Assembly: GCA_035362335.1 (NCBI GenBank)
Contig: DAOSDL010000005.1
Coordinates: forward strand, 12,708-76,707
Origin: Bacteroidota bacterium
Lineage (GTDB): Bacteria; Bacteroidota; Ignavibacteria; SZUA-365
Reading direction: 5' to 3'
Length of the DNA stretch: 64,000 nt
A model generated the notes under the pieces. The model saw only the letters and a program-made list of their open reading frames with translations. It was not told the origin of the DNA and ran no database searches. Made by a program: the position numbers and the translations under genes. Positions 17,951 to 26,895 of this stretch are shown here, piece after piece. Numbering within the stretch: position 1 is the stretch's first letter; every line of letters starts with the position of its first letter.

Positions 17951-18702
17951 AGGACAACACCATCGTGATCATCGGTGCCTCGCGGGGCATAGGCGCGGCT
18001 CTGGTCCGCGAGTATCTGGCGCGGGGTTGCCACGTGTTGGCGGCGTCGCGCGATCTCGCCGCGCTCGAAGCGCTGCGTGGGGCGGCGCCGGAAGGCATGC
18101 TGGATGTCGTGCAATGCGATGCCGCGCAGCCGGGGGCAGTGCGTTTTGTGCTGGAGCGCGCCGAGGCACGGTGGCCGCGTGTGGACCTGCTGCTGTACAA
18201 TGCCGGCGCGGATCATGCCGCGTGGATGGATACCTTCACCGCCGAGGACTTCCGAGCCCTGCTGGCGGTGAACACCTCGGGATTGGCCGAGGCGCTGGAA
18301 TGTTCCTACGCACTGTTTCGTCGACAGGGCGGGGGCGTGTTTGCGGGAGTAAGCAGTCTTGCCGATGCGCGGGGATACCCCGGATCGGCGTCGTACTGCG
18401 CCTCGAAGGCCGCCGCTTCCACGCTGCTCGAGGCGGCGCGTGCGGAATTGCGCCAAGGGCCGATACACGTGCTCACGGTGCGCCCCGGCTTCGTCCGCAC
18501 GGACATGACGGCCAAGAACACCTTTCCCATGCCGCTGCTCATGGAAGCCGCGGAGGCGGCACGCATCATCGTGCGCGGTATCGAACGAAGGAAGTCCGTC
18601 ATCACCTTTCCCTGGCCCATCGCATTCGCCACGCGCATCATCCGTGTCCTCCCCGATCGTCTGTTCGCGGCTCTGGCCTTGCGTGGTCGTCGACGCCGAT
18701 AA
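17947..18702 (+). CDS. Short-chain dehydrogenase/reductase
   Basis: GTG start at 17947 overlapping the HAD stop (GTGA). IVIIGASRGIGAAL (TGxxxGxG), NAG motif, and the YxxxK motif in SYCASKAA. Confidence 0.72.
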   Translation: MKDNTIVIIGASRGIGAALVREYLARGCHVLAASRDLAALEALRGAAPEGMLDVVQCDAAQPGAVRFVLERAEARWPRVDLLLYNAGADHAAWMDTFTAEDFRALLAVNTSGLAEALECSYALFRRQGGGVFAGVSSLADARGYPGSASYCASKAAASTLLEAARAELRQGPIHVLTVRPGFVRTDMTAKNTFPMPLLMEAAEAARIIVRGIERRKSVITFPWPIAFATRIIRVLPDRLFAALALRGRRRR

Positions 18703-18840
18703 CAGGTAGGGTGGAAGCGGGGTGGGAGTTGTCAGCGGACAGGTAGGTCCGTTCTTCTTGTGTTCGCCGATTTGCGTATCTTGCAACGATGTTCCGCCGG
18801 GGGCGGAGCGCCTTCCATCGACCACCTACGAGGTTTTACC

Positions 18841-20022
18841 ATGAAACGTACCATCGTCGCGATGCCCGGTGACGGAATCGGGAAAGTCGTGCTTCCGGAA
18901 GCTATTCGCGTGCTCGATGCCGCGGGATTCGAAGCTGAATACGTCAACGGAGACATCGGCTGGGATTTCTGGTGCAGCGAGGGAAATCCGCTGCCGCAGC
19001 GCACCATCGATTTGCTCGAGCAGCACAAGATCGGCCTCTTTGGCGCCATCACTTCCAAGCCCAAGAACAAGGCGGCCGAGGAACTGTCCCCGGAACTGCG
19101 CGACAAGGGCTTCGTGTACTACAGCCCCATCGTGACCATGCGCCAGCATTTCGATCTGGACATCTGCATTCGTCCCTGCCAGACCTTTCCCAACAATCCG
19201 CTGAACTTCGTCCGCAAAACCCTCGCCGGCGGCTTCGAGGAGCCCACGGTGGATGTGGTGATTTTCCGGCAGAACACCGAAGGGCTGTACTCGGGTGTGG
19301 AGTGGACCAATCCGCCGCAGCAGGTGCGCGACGCGCTCGCAACGCACCCGCGCTTCAAGCCGTACAGCAATGTCCCGGGAGAGGACCTCGCCGTGTCCAC
19401 GCGCATTTTCACGCGGCATTACTGCCGCCGCATCGTCACCGCCGCTTTCGAGCATGCGAAGAAGTACGGGTATAAATCCGTGACGGTGTGCGAGAAGCCC
19501 AACGTGATTCGCGAAACCTCGGGCATGATGGAGCAGGAAGCCGCTCTTGCCGCGAAAAATTATCCGGGTATTTCGCTTTGGTCCACTAACATCGATGCGC
19601 AGATGATGTGGTTGACGAAAAATCCCGAGGACTACGGTGTGATCGTTGCGGGCAACATGTTCGGCGACATCGTGTCCGATGGTTTCGCAGGGCTGGTGGG
19701 CGGATTGGGTTTCGCTTGCAGCGCCAATATCGGCAGCGAAGTGGCGGTGTTCGAGCCCACGCACGGCTCGGCGCCGAAATACGAAAAGCTCGATCCCTCC
19801 ATCGTGAACCCCATCGCCATGATTCTCAGCGCCTGCATGATGCTGGATCATATCGGTGAAACGGAGAAGGCGCAGCGCATACGCGCGGCGATTTCCGCGG
19901 TGATCAGCGAAGGCGCGGTGCGCAGCTATGACATGCTCAAACTCGCGGGTGGCCCGGATGTGTTCGCCAAAGGCGCGGCCACCACACAGCAGATGACCGA
20001 CGCGATCATCGCACGATTGTAA
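18841..20022 (+). CDS. Isocitrate/isopropylmalate dehydrogenase-family beta-decarboxylating dehydrogenase
   Basis: About 394 aa from MKRTIVAMPGDGIGKVV (the track ORF starts earlier at 18760). Family signature NMFGDIVSDGFAGLVGGLGFACSANIG. Confidence 0.85.
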   Translation: MKRTIVAMPGDGIGKVVLPEAIRVLDAAGFEAEYVNGDIGWDFWCSEGNPLPQRTIDLLEQHKIGLFGAITSKPKNKAAEELSPELRDKGFVYYSPIVTMRQHFDLDICIRPCQTFPNNPLNFVRKTLAGGFEEPTVDVVIFRQNTEGLYSGVEWTNPPQQVRDALATHPRFKPYSNVPGEDLAVSTRIFTRHYCRRIVTAAFEHAKKYGYKSVTVCEKPNVIRETSGMMEQEAALAAKNYPGISLWSTNIDAQMMWLTKNPEDYGVIVAGNMFGDIVSDGFAGLVGGLGFACSANIGSEVAVFEPTHGSAPKYEKLDPSIVNPIAMILSACMMLDHIGETEKAQRIRAAISAVISEGAVRSYDMLKLAGGPDVFAKGAATTQQMTDAIIARL

Positions 20023-20057
20023 TCGGACGCCGCCGCAACGGCCCGCATTGAACGACG

Positions 20058-20096
20058 CAGCCCCCTGTACCACGTTGGTCCAGGGGGCTGTGCATG
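20058..20096. terminator. Bidirectional hairpin between convergent genes
   Basis: Stems cagccccctg (20058-20067) and cagggggctg (20081-20090), with a 13-nt loop and T-rich flank. Confidence 0.5.
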
Positions 20097-20139
20097 TTCT
20101 GACGGTGCGAGGCGCCGTGCGCCTGAGCCGCAGCCGCAA

Positions 20140-20808
20140 TCAGCGCGAGCCCTCCGATGCGACGCGCGAGGGTTGCGCGGCGATGGAGCGGGCGTAGTCC
20201 GTGCCGTCGCCGAAGGAGTCGGCGAATTTGTCGACGAAGGGCGCGAGCACCGCACGAAGGCCCGGCATGTGCAGTCCCCCGATCATCACTCGCGTGGAGG
20301 GGAGCAAGGCGCGCAGATCGCGCAACAGCTGCTCGGTGACCTCCATCGATCCCACGGACTTCATTGTGAAGCACACGAGATCGGGTTGCAGCGCCGAAGC
20401 GCTTTGGAGAATGTCGTGCGTGGGCACGGAGTTGCCGTAGTGGTACACTTCCCATCCCTCGCGCTCGAGAATGTTGGCGAGAATGGTGGAAGCCACATCG
20501 TGATACTCGTTGGGTACGCAGCCGATGAGTGCCTTTTTGCCGTTGCGTGCGGCGGGCTTGCCGCGAAAGGCCTTGTAGGCGAGTACCTGCTTGACGATTT
20601 GCGTCGCGATATGCTCGCTGACAATGCTCTGGCTGTTCTCTTCCCAGCCGGTGCCGACCTGCGCGAGCGCGGGGATGAGAATGTCATTGTAGAGCAATTC
20701 ATCCGGTAATTGCTGCTGTTCCCATTCCTCCACGAGCGCGAAACATCGGCGGCGGTCGCCGGCGAGCAGCGGCTCGGTGAACATCGAGAGTTGATCGTTG
20801 CGTGTCAT
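20140..20808 (-). CDS. Stand-alone cobalamin (B12)-binding domain protein (B12-binding_2 helical cap plus Rossmann B12-binding domain)
   Basis: Real start MTRNDQ at 20808 (GGAGG ribosome-binding site); the track ORF 20140..21516 is over-extended. The motif reads GCVPNEYHDVAS, a variant of DxHxxG, followed by a GG loop (MIGGLH). No DNA-binding domain. Confidence 0.78.
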   Translation of the reverse strand: MTRNDQLSMFTEPLLAGDRRRCFALVEEWEQQQLPDELLYNDILIPALAQVGTGWEENSQSIVSEHIATQIVKQVLAYKAFRGKPAARNGKKALIGCVPNEYHDVASTILANILEREGWEVYHYGNSVPTHDILQSASALQPDLVCFTMKSVGSMEVTEQLLRDLRALLPSTRVMIGGLHMPGLRAVLAPFVDKFADSFGDGTDYARSIAAQPSRVASEGSR

Positions 20809-21257
20809 GCTTCCGCCTCCATGCTCAGACTGTGTTCGCGTTGCTGCAATTGCCGCAGCGCCTCGGCGATGGCGTCGCTGTTGTACTGCTCCATGAAGGC
20901 ATGGGTCGCGGTGCGCGTGGCCGCAAGCAGATTGGGAATGAAGGAGGTGGGGAAATGCCGATGCGTGAGAAAATTCCGCAGCCAATCGAGATACTCGATC
21001 AGCGCGGCGGGCAATTGGTACTTCATGGTGGCCTGGAGATTTTCCACAAAAATCTTGGCGCACTCCCTTGCAAGACGCGCGCGCTCGGGATCGGCGATGA
21101 GATCGCGAAACGCCTCGTTGCACTCCAGCCTGTCGATCACGGCGGAGAGAATTTTTTCCTTCTGCTTCTGAAACTCCTCGACATCCGGCGCCGCGATCGC
21201 GCCAAAGGAGATGGGCTCGGCTACTGCTTCCATAACGAATCGCCCGAATGTGAACAA
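20805..21257 (-). CDS. Hypothetical all-helical protein, translationally coupled to the downstream B12-binding protein
   Basis: 142-150 aa. TTG at 21257 or ATG at 21233 (MEAVAEP...). Its stop overlaps the B12-protein start by 4 nt (20805-20808). No recognisable domain. Confidence 0.45.
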   Translation of the reverse strand: MFTFGRFVMEAVAEPISFGAIAAPDVEEFQKQKEKILSAVIDRLECNEAFRDLIADPERARLARECAKIFVENLQATMKYQLPAALIEYLDWLRNFLTHRHFPTSFIPNLLAATRTATHAFMEQYNSDAIAEALRQLQQREHSLSMEAEA

Positions 21258-21601
21258 TGAATGCTTGAGAACAACATGCGTCCCGAGTGGAAAGTTTCAC
21301 AGTTCTTCCGTGAAAATGGTATGGGTGCGATGATGTGCAACGGAGCGGATTTGACAGAGGGGGAAAACCACAGATAGCACGGATTTCACACGGATTTTCA
21401 CAGATGAATCGGAGAAGGGTGCGCGGGCAGCGGTTACTTTTCACCATTTTTCCTTTTGCCTCGTGATTGCGTGGTAGCATCGCGGCATCGCGATTATCCA
21501 AACCGGCGGGGCCCATTATCCACGGGGACTTCGTATATTAGTACATCCACGCCTTTTTATCGCGCGGATATCACGAAGTACTCATCGAAACAGAGATCAG
21601 C

Positions 21602-22822
21602 ATGAACAGCAGAGCCGAAGCCGGGAGGGGTGGCAAGAACGTGCGCTCGGATTGCCTCGTTGCCATCGAACTTCTCGATAGCGGCGGCATCACCATTGAT
21701 CTGCGCAGCAAGGTGGAGACCCTGTACGGGCGCTCCATCCGCGCTATGGTCGAGGAGATGCTCGCTTTTTATACCATCACCGATGCGCGCATCGTCGTCG
21801 AGGACAGCGGTGCGTTGCCCTATGTGCTGGCCGCGCGCATCGAGGCGGCCATCCGTCGACTGCGTCCCGAGGAGACGCGCGAGTTCCTTCTTCCCACGCG
21901 ACCCGGCATCGCATTGAGCACAGCGCGCGACCGTTTGCGCCGCTCGCGCCTCTATCTGCCGGGCAACGATCCGAAGCTGGCCATCAACGCGGGCATTCAC
22001 GAAGCGGATGCTATCATCCTCGATCTCGAAGACTCCGTCGCGCCCGCCGAAAAGGATGCCGCACGCCTGCTCGTGCGCAACACCTTGCGCGAGGTGGATT
22101 TCATGGGCGCCGAACGCATGCTGCGCGTCAATCAGGGGGCGCCGGGTATGGAGGATCTGCGCATGCTGATTCCCCAGGGACCCAATCTCGTGCTCATTCC
22201 CAAAGTGGAGGAAGCCGCGCAGGTGCGCGACGTGCATGCGCTCATCGAGGAATTGCGCCAGCGGCACGGCATTGCCCACGACATTCACCTGATGCCGATC
22301 ATTGAAAGCGCGCGAGGTGCGCTGTTCGCCTACGACATCGCGACGGCGGCTCCGAGCGTGGTTGCTCTCGCCATCGGTCTCGAGGATTACACGGCGGACA
22401 TCGGGGCCGAGCGCACGCTGGAAGGCCGCGAGAGTTTCTGGATGCGTGGCGCGGTGCTCAATGCCGCGCGTGCTGCCGGCGTGCAGGCCATCGACACGGT
22501 GTTTTCGGATGTCAATGATATGGACGGCCTGTACGCGAGTGTGCGCGAAGCCGCTTCGCTGGGCTTCGACGGCAAGGGCTGCATCCATCCCCGGCAGATC
22601 GCGGTGGTGCATCGTGGTTTCGCACCCACCGAGGCCGATATGGAAAAAGCCAAGCGCATCGTGCTGGCTTTCGACGATGCCACGCGGCGCGGTCTCGGCG
22701 TGGTGGCGCTGGGATCGAAAATGATCGACCCCCCTGTGGTCAAGCGCGCGCTGCGCACCATCGATCTGGCGGTGCGCTCGGGCGTGCTGTCGCAAACATG
22801 GAAAGAGGAGGTGCAGGCATGA
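21602..22822 (+). CDS. Citrate lyase gamma (acyl carrier, CitD) - beta (citryl-CoA lyase, CitE) fusion protein
   Basis: The N-terminal about 95 aa resemble CitD, including the prosthetic-group Ser region (RSDCLVAIELLDSGGI). The remainder is HpcH/HpaI-fold CitE (YLPGNDPKLAINAGIHEADAIILDLEDSVAP...). Confidence 0.78.
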   Translation: MNSRAEAGRGGKNVRSDCLVAIELLDSGGITIDLRSKVETLYGRSIRAMVEEMLAFYTITDARIVVEDSGALPYVLAARIEAAIRRLRPEETREFLLPTRPGIALSTARDRLRRSRLYLPGNDPKLAINAGIHEADAIILDLEDSVAPAEKDAARLLVRNTLREVDFMGAERMLRVNQGAPGMEDLRMLIPQGPNLVLIPKVEEAAQVRDVHALIEELRQRHGIAHDIHLMPIIESARGALFAYDIATAAPSVVALAIGLEDYTADIGAERTLEGRESFWMRGAVLNAARAAGVQAIDTVFSDVNDMDGLYASVREAASLGFDGKGCIHPRQIAVVHRGFAPTEADMEKAKRIVLAFDDATRRGLGVVALGSKMIDPPVVKRALRTIDLAVRSGVLSQTWKEEVQA

Positions 22823-24372
22823 GCGCGGAACGCGTCATCAATGCGGCGGGACGCGAAGTTCTCACCGAGATCAACGGTGTGCCCGCCGTTCCCTATCAGG
22901 GCGTCGGCGCATACAAACCCTCTGGCCGCAAGGCCGCACCGCCGGTGTCGTCCTGTGCGGACTATCCGTCCGACGGCAACAAGGTGCTCCCGGGTTTGCG
23001 CGAAGCCCTGATCAACGCCGGACTGCGCGATGGCATGACCATTTCCAGTCATCATCATTTCCGCAACGGCGACCTGGTGGCGAATCAGGTGTTCGACATC
23101 GCGGCGGAACTGGGCGTGAAGGATTTGCGCTGGTTTCCTTCGGCCGCCTTCCCCTGCCACGAACCGCTGATCAAGCATCTCGAAAGCGGCGTGATCCATC
23201 ACATCGAGGGCTCGATGAATGGGCCGCTGGGCGATTACGCAAGCTCGGGCAGGATGCGCGGGCTGGGCGTACTGCGTTCGCACGGCGGCCGCTACCAGGC
23301 CATTCAGGATGGAGAAGTCCATATCGACATCGCGGTCATCGCCGCACCCACCTCCGATCCCTTCGGCAACTGCAATGGCGTGAACGGTCCCTCGGCCTGC
23401 GGAGGGTTGGGCTTCGCGCTGGCGGATTCGCAGTATGCGGACAAGGTGATTGTGGTCACGGACAACCTTGTCCCCTTCCCCTGTGTACCCTGGCAGTTGC
23501 ACGGCAATCATGTGGACAGCGTGGTGGTGCTGGACAAGATCGGCGAGCCCGAAAAAATCGTGAGTGGCACAACGGCCATCACGAAAAGTCCCGACCGTCT
23601 GCTCATCGCCGAACTCACCGCGCGTTTCTGCGATGCCGCCGGCATCGTGCGCGACGGCTTCTCCTTTCAGGCGGGTGCGGGTGGCACCGCCCTGTCCTTC
23701 GCCATCTTCCTGCGCGACATGATGCGCGAACGCCGCATCAAGGCGCGCTTCGTGCGCGGTGGAAGTACGCGCTACCTGGTCGACATGCTGGAGGAAGGGC
23801 TGACGGACTACATCCTCGACGGTCAGACCTTCGACCTCGCGGGCGTGCAATCCATGCGCGACAATCCGCGCCATATTCACAGCAATCCCTTCGTCAGCTA
23901 CAACTACCATGGCAAGGGCAATGTGGCCTCCATGCTCGATGTGGTGGTGTTGGGTGCGACGGAAGTGGATGTGCAATTCAACGCGAATGTGGTGTCGCAC
24001 AGCGATGGACGCTTGCTGCATGGCATCGGCGGATGGCAGAACTGTCTGTTCTCCAAATGCACCATTCTGCCCATCCCCAGCTTCCGCGACCGCATACCGG
24101 TGATTGTGGACCAGGTCACCACGCTGTGCGGTCCCGGAGAACTGATCGATGTGATCGTGACCGAGCGCGGCATCGCCATCAATCCCTTGCGTCAGGATCT
24201 CATCGACGCAACGCGGAACTCCGGGCTGCCCATTCGTCCGATCGAGGCCATCAAGGATGAAGTGGAATCGATGTGCGGCGGAGCGCCGGACAAGCCGCGC
24301 TTCATCGACAACTACATCGCCGCCATCAAATGGGTGGACGGTACGGTCATCGACATGGTGAAGCAGGTGTAG
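22819..24372 (+). CDS. citF: Citrate lyase alpha subunit (citrate CoA-transferase)
   Basis: About 517 aa from MSAERVINAAGREV. GAGGAGG ribosome-binding site, then an ATG at 22819 that overlaps the upstream stop as ATGA. CitF-family length and motifs. Confidence 0.88.
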   Translation: MSAERVINAAGREVLTEINGVPAVPYQGVGAYKPSGRKAAPPVSSCADYPSDGNKVLPGLREALINAGLRDGMTISSHHHFRNGDLVANQVFDIAAELGVKDLRWFPSAAFPCHEPLIKHLESGVIHHIEGSMNGPLGDYASSGRMRGLGVLRSHGGRYQAIQDGEVHIDIAVIAAPTSDPFGNCNGVNGPSACGGLGFALADSQYADKVIVVTDNLVPFPCVPWQLHGNHVDSVVVLDKIGEPEKIVSGTTAITKSPDRLLIAELTARFCDAAGIVRDGFSFQAGAGGTALSFAIFLRDMMRERRIKARFVRGGSTRYLVDMLEEGLTDYILDGQTFDLAGVQSMRDNPRHIHSNPFVSYNYHGKGNVASMLDVVVLGATEVDVQFNANVVSHSDGRLLHGIGGWQNCLFSKCTILPIPSFRDRIPVIVDQVTTLCGPGELIDVIVTERGIAINPLRQDLIDATRNSGLPIRPIEAIKDEVESMCGGAPDKPRFIDNYIAAIKWVDGTVIDMVKQV

Positions 24373-24397
24373 GCCCGATCCATAACCGATGGGGAAT

Positions 24398-24431
24398 ATG
24401 CCCGCTCCGAAAGGATGCGGGCATCTTTTTT
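24398..24431. terminator. Rho-independent terminator (bidirectional; overlaps the 3' end of the convergent NlpC/P60 gene)
   Basis: atgcccgc-tccgaaaggat-gcgggcat followed by cttttttac. Confidence 0.65.
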
Positions 24432-24930
24432 ACTTGATGATTTTTCGCGCTCCGGCGTAGTGGCTGCGGTAGTAGGCATCCTCCAGCGAGGAGGTGATGA
24501 CGCCGGCCTGTGTGGAAGCGTGCAGGAAATCCGTACCCCCGAGAAAAATTCCCACGTGGGTGATCCCGCGACCCGCCGTGTTGGAGAAGAACACCAGATC
24601 GCCCGGCAGCATGGTGCCACGGTTTACCGCGCGTCCCTCGCCGAACATATCGCGCGCTGTGCGCGGAAGCTTCACGCCGAATTTGCCATACACGGCGTAC
24701 ACCAAACCCGAACAATCGATGCCATTGCGGCTGTTGCCGCCGAAGGCGTAGGGAACGCCCAGCCAGGTCCGTGCTTCCTTGAGCAATACCTGCCGCGCCT
24801 TGCTGATGCCTTCGGTGGACGGCTGCGGCCGCACCGTTTCTTCCGTGCCACTGCACGCGGCGAAGAGCAGCGCAATGCCCAGAACGGGGAGGAGGCGGTA
24901 CGTTGGTTTCAACAGCATGGTATTACTCAC
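24430..24930 (-). CDS. NlpC/P60-family lipoprotein peptidase
   Basis: Lipobox LLFAAC. Catalytic Cys context GIDCSGLVYAVY, with His in ITHVGIFLG. Confidence 0.85.
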   Translation of the reverse strand: MSNTMLLKPTYRLLPVLGIALLFAACSGTEETVRPQPSTEGISKARQVLLKEARTWLGVPYAFGGNSRNGIDCSGLVYAVYGKFGVKLPRTARDMFGEGRAVNRGTMLPGDLVFFSNTAGRGITHVGIFLGGTDFLHASTQAGVITSSLEDAYYRSHYAGARKIIK

Positions 24931-25118
24931 GTTACGCCGGAAATATAAAGCGAAACATGAAAGGATTCAACGCGGAGCGCGCCTGCCTTCTCCGCGGTAG
25001 CAGCGCGCCGTGCCCACAGGCGGTAGAGCGAGGTGGCGTGGCTGCGGAGGCGGTTTTTCCGGCGTCCGGCGATGTGGTATATTTCAGGATTGAAGTGGCT
25101 TGAACATTTGGTGGAATC

Positions 25119-26891
25119 ATGATATTTGCACAACGAACCCATACTTGCGGCCAACTCCGCGCCTCCCATGTCGGCAGCACGGTAACACTCAACGGCTGGG
25201 TGAATGTCCGGCGCGATCTCGGCGGCATGATCTTCATTGATTTGCGCGACCGCTACGGCATCACCCAGGTGGTGTTCGCGCCGCAGCACAACGCCGAGGT
25301 GCACGAACGCGCGCATGACCTGCGCTCAGAGTTTGTGCTGTCAATCACCGGCACTGTGGGACACCGTCCCGATGGCATGACGAATTCCTCCATGCCCACA
25401 GGTGAGGTGGAGGTGGTGGTGGATTCCTTCCAGATACTCAATGCTTCGGAAATCACGCCCTTCGAGATCAAGGACGATGTGGATGCGAACGAGGATTTGC
25501 GGCTCAAGTATCGCTTCCTCGATCTTCGTCGTCCGGTGCTGCAGAAGAATCTGCTGCTGCGCCATCGCGTGTATCAGATCGTCCACCGCTACTTCGACGC
25601 ATTGGATTTCGTGGAAGTGGAAACGCCCGTGCTGATGAAAAGCACGCCCGAGGGTGCGCGCGATTATCTGGTTCCCAGCCGCGTACATCCCGGACGCTTC
25701 TACGCGCTGCCGCAATCGCCGCAGCAGTACAAGCAATTGCTGATGGTGGCTGGTCTCGATCGCTATGTGCAAGTCGTGAAGTGTTTCCGCGACGAGGATT
25801 TGCGCGCCGACCGTCAGCCCGAATTCACACAGATCGATGTGGAAATGTCCTTTGTCACCGCCGAGGATGTGTACGGCGTGATAGAAGGATTCGCGCAACA
25901 GCTGCTGCGCGAAACCGTGGGAACGGAATTGACGCTGCCGTTGCCGCGGCTCGATTACTTCGAAGCGCTGGAGCGCTATGGTTCGGACAAGCCCGATCTC
26001 CGCTTCGGCATGGAGATGCGCACGCTCAACGATGCTGTCGCCGGTTGTGAATTCAAGGTCTTCAGCGCCGCGCTGGAACAGGGTGGTATTGTTACCGGTC
26101 TCGCGGTAAAAGGCGTGGCTGCGGATTTCAGCCGGAAGAAATTCGATGAACTGACCGAGCGCGCCAAAACACTGGGCATGGGCGGACTCGTGTGGTTGAA
26201 ATTCACCGAAGGCGCGCTGCAAGGACCTTCCGCGAAATTCCTCGATGAGAGCGTGCAGCATCGCCTCATCGACGCGTTGCAAGCGGAGGAGGGCGATGTG
26301 CTGTTGATTCTCGCCGATGCGCGGAAACGCGCCGCCCTGCTCGCCATGGGTACGCTGCGCCTGGAACTGGGGCGCGAACTCGGCCTGGTGGACAGCACGA
26401 AGCATGCGCTGCTCTGGGTCACGGACTTCCCGCTGTTCCAATGGGATGATGAAACGCAGCGCTACTACGCCGAGCATCACGCGTTCACTTCGCCGAAGCC
26501 GACGGATATTCCCTTGCTCGACAGCGATCCCGCGGCCGCGCGTGCGGATTGCTACGATCTCGTGTGGAACGGCAACGAAGTAGGCAGCGGCAGCATTCGC
26601 ATCCACGACAGCGCGTTGCAGGCGAAGATTTTCTCCATTCTGGGTTTTTCTCCGGAGGAAATCGAGGAGAAGTTCGGCTTTCTCATCAACGCGTTTCGTT
26701 ACGGCGCGCCGCCGCACGGTGGTGTTGCGCTCGGCCTCGATCGCATCGTCACCATTCTCGCCGGACTCTCGTCCATACGCGATGTGGTGGCCTTCCCGAA
26801 AACGAACAGCGCGTTGTCGCTGATGGACAACGCACCTTCGCTCGTGGCCGAGGAACAGCTCCGCGAACTGCATATCAGCATACGCGGGTAA
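25119..26891 (+). CDS. aspS: Aspartate--tRNA ligase
   Basis: 590 aa with the full-length bacterial AspRS pattern: OB-fold N-terminus, class II motifs, and the C-terminal GLDRIV motif. Confidence 0.95.
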   Translation: MIFAQRTHTCGQLRASHVGSTVTLNGWVNVRRDLGGMIFIDLRDRYGITQVVFAPQHNAEVHERAHDLRSEFVLSITGTVGHRPDGMTNSSMPTGEVEVVVDSFQILNASEITPFEIKDDVDANEDLRLKYRFLDLRRPVLQKNLLLRHRVYQIVHRYFDALDFVEVETPVLMKSTPEGARDYLVPSRVHPGRFYALPQSPQQYKQLLMVAGLDRYVQVVKCFRDEDLRADRQPEFTQIDVEMSFVTAEDVYGVIEGFAQQLLRETVGTELTLPLPRLDYFEALERYGSDKPDLRFGMEMRTLNDAVAGCEFKVFSAALEQGGIVTGLAVKGVAADFSRKKFDELTERAKTLGMGGLVWLKFTEGALQGPSAKFLDESVQHRLIDALQAEEGDVLLILADARKRAALLAMGTLRLELGRELGLVDSTKHALLWVTDFPLFQWDDETQRYYAEHHAFTSPKPTDIPLLDSDPAAARADCYDLVWNGNEVGSGSIRIHDSALQAKIFSILGFSPEEIEEKFGFLINAFRYGAPPHGGVALGLDRIVTILAGLSSIRDVVAFPKTNSALSLMDNAPSLVAEEQLRELHISIRG

Positions 26892-26895
26892 CGGC

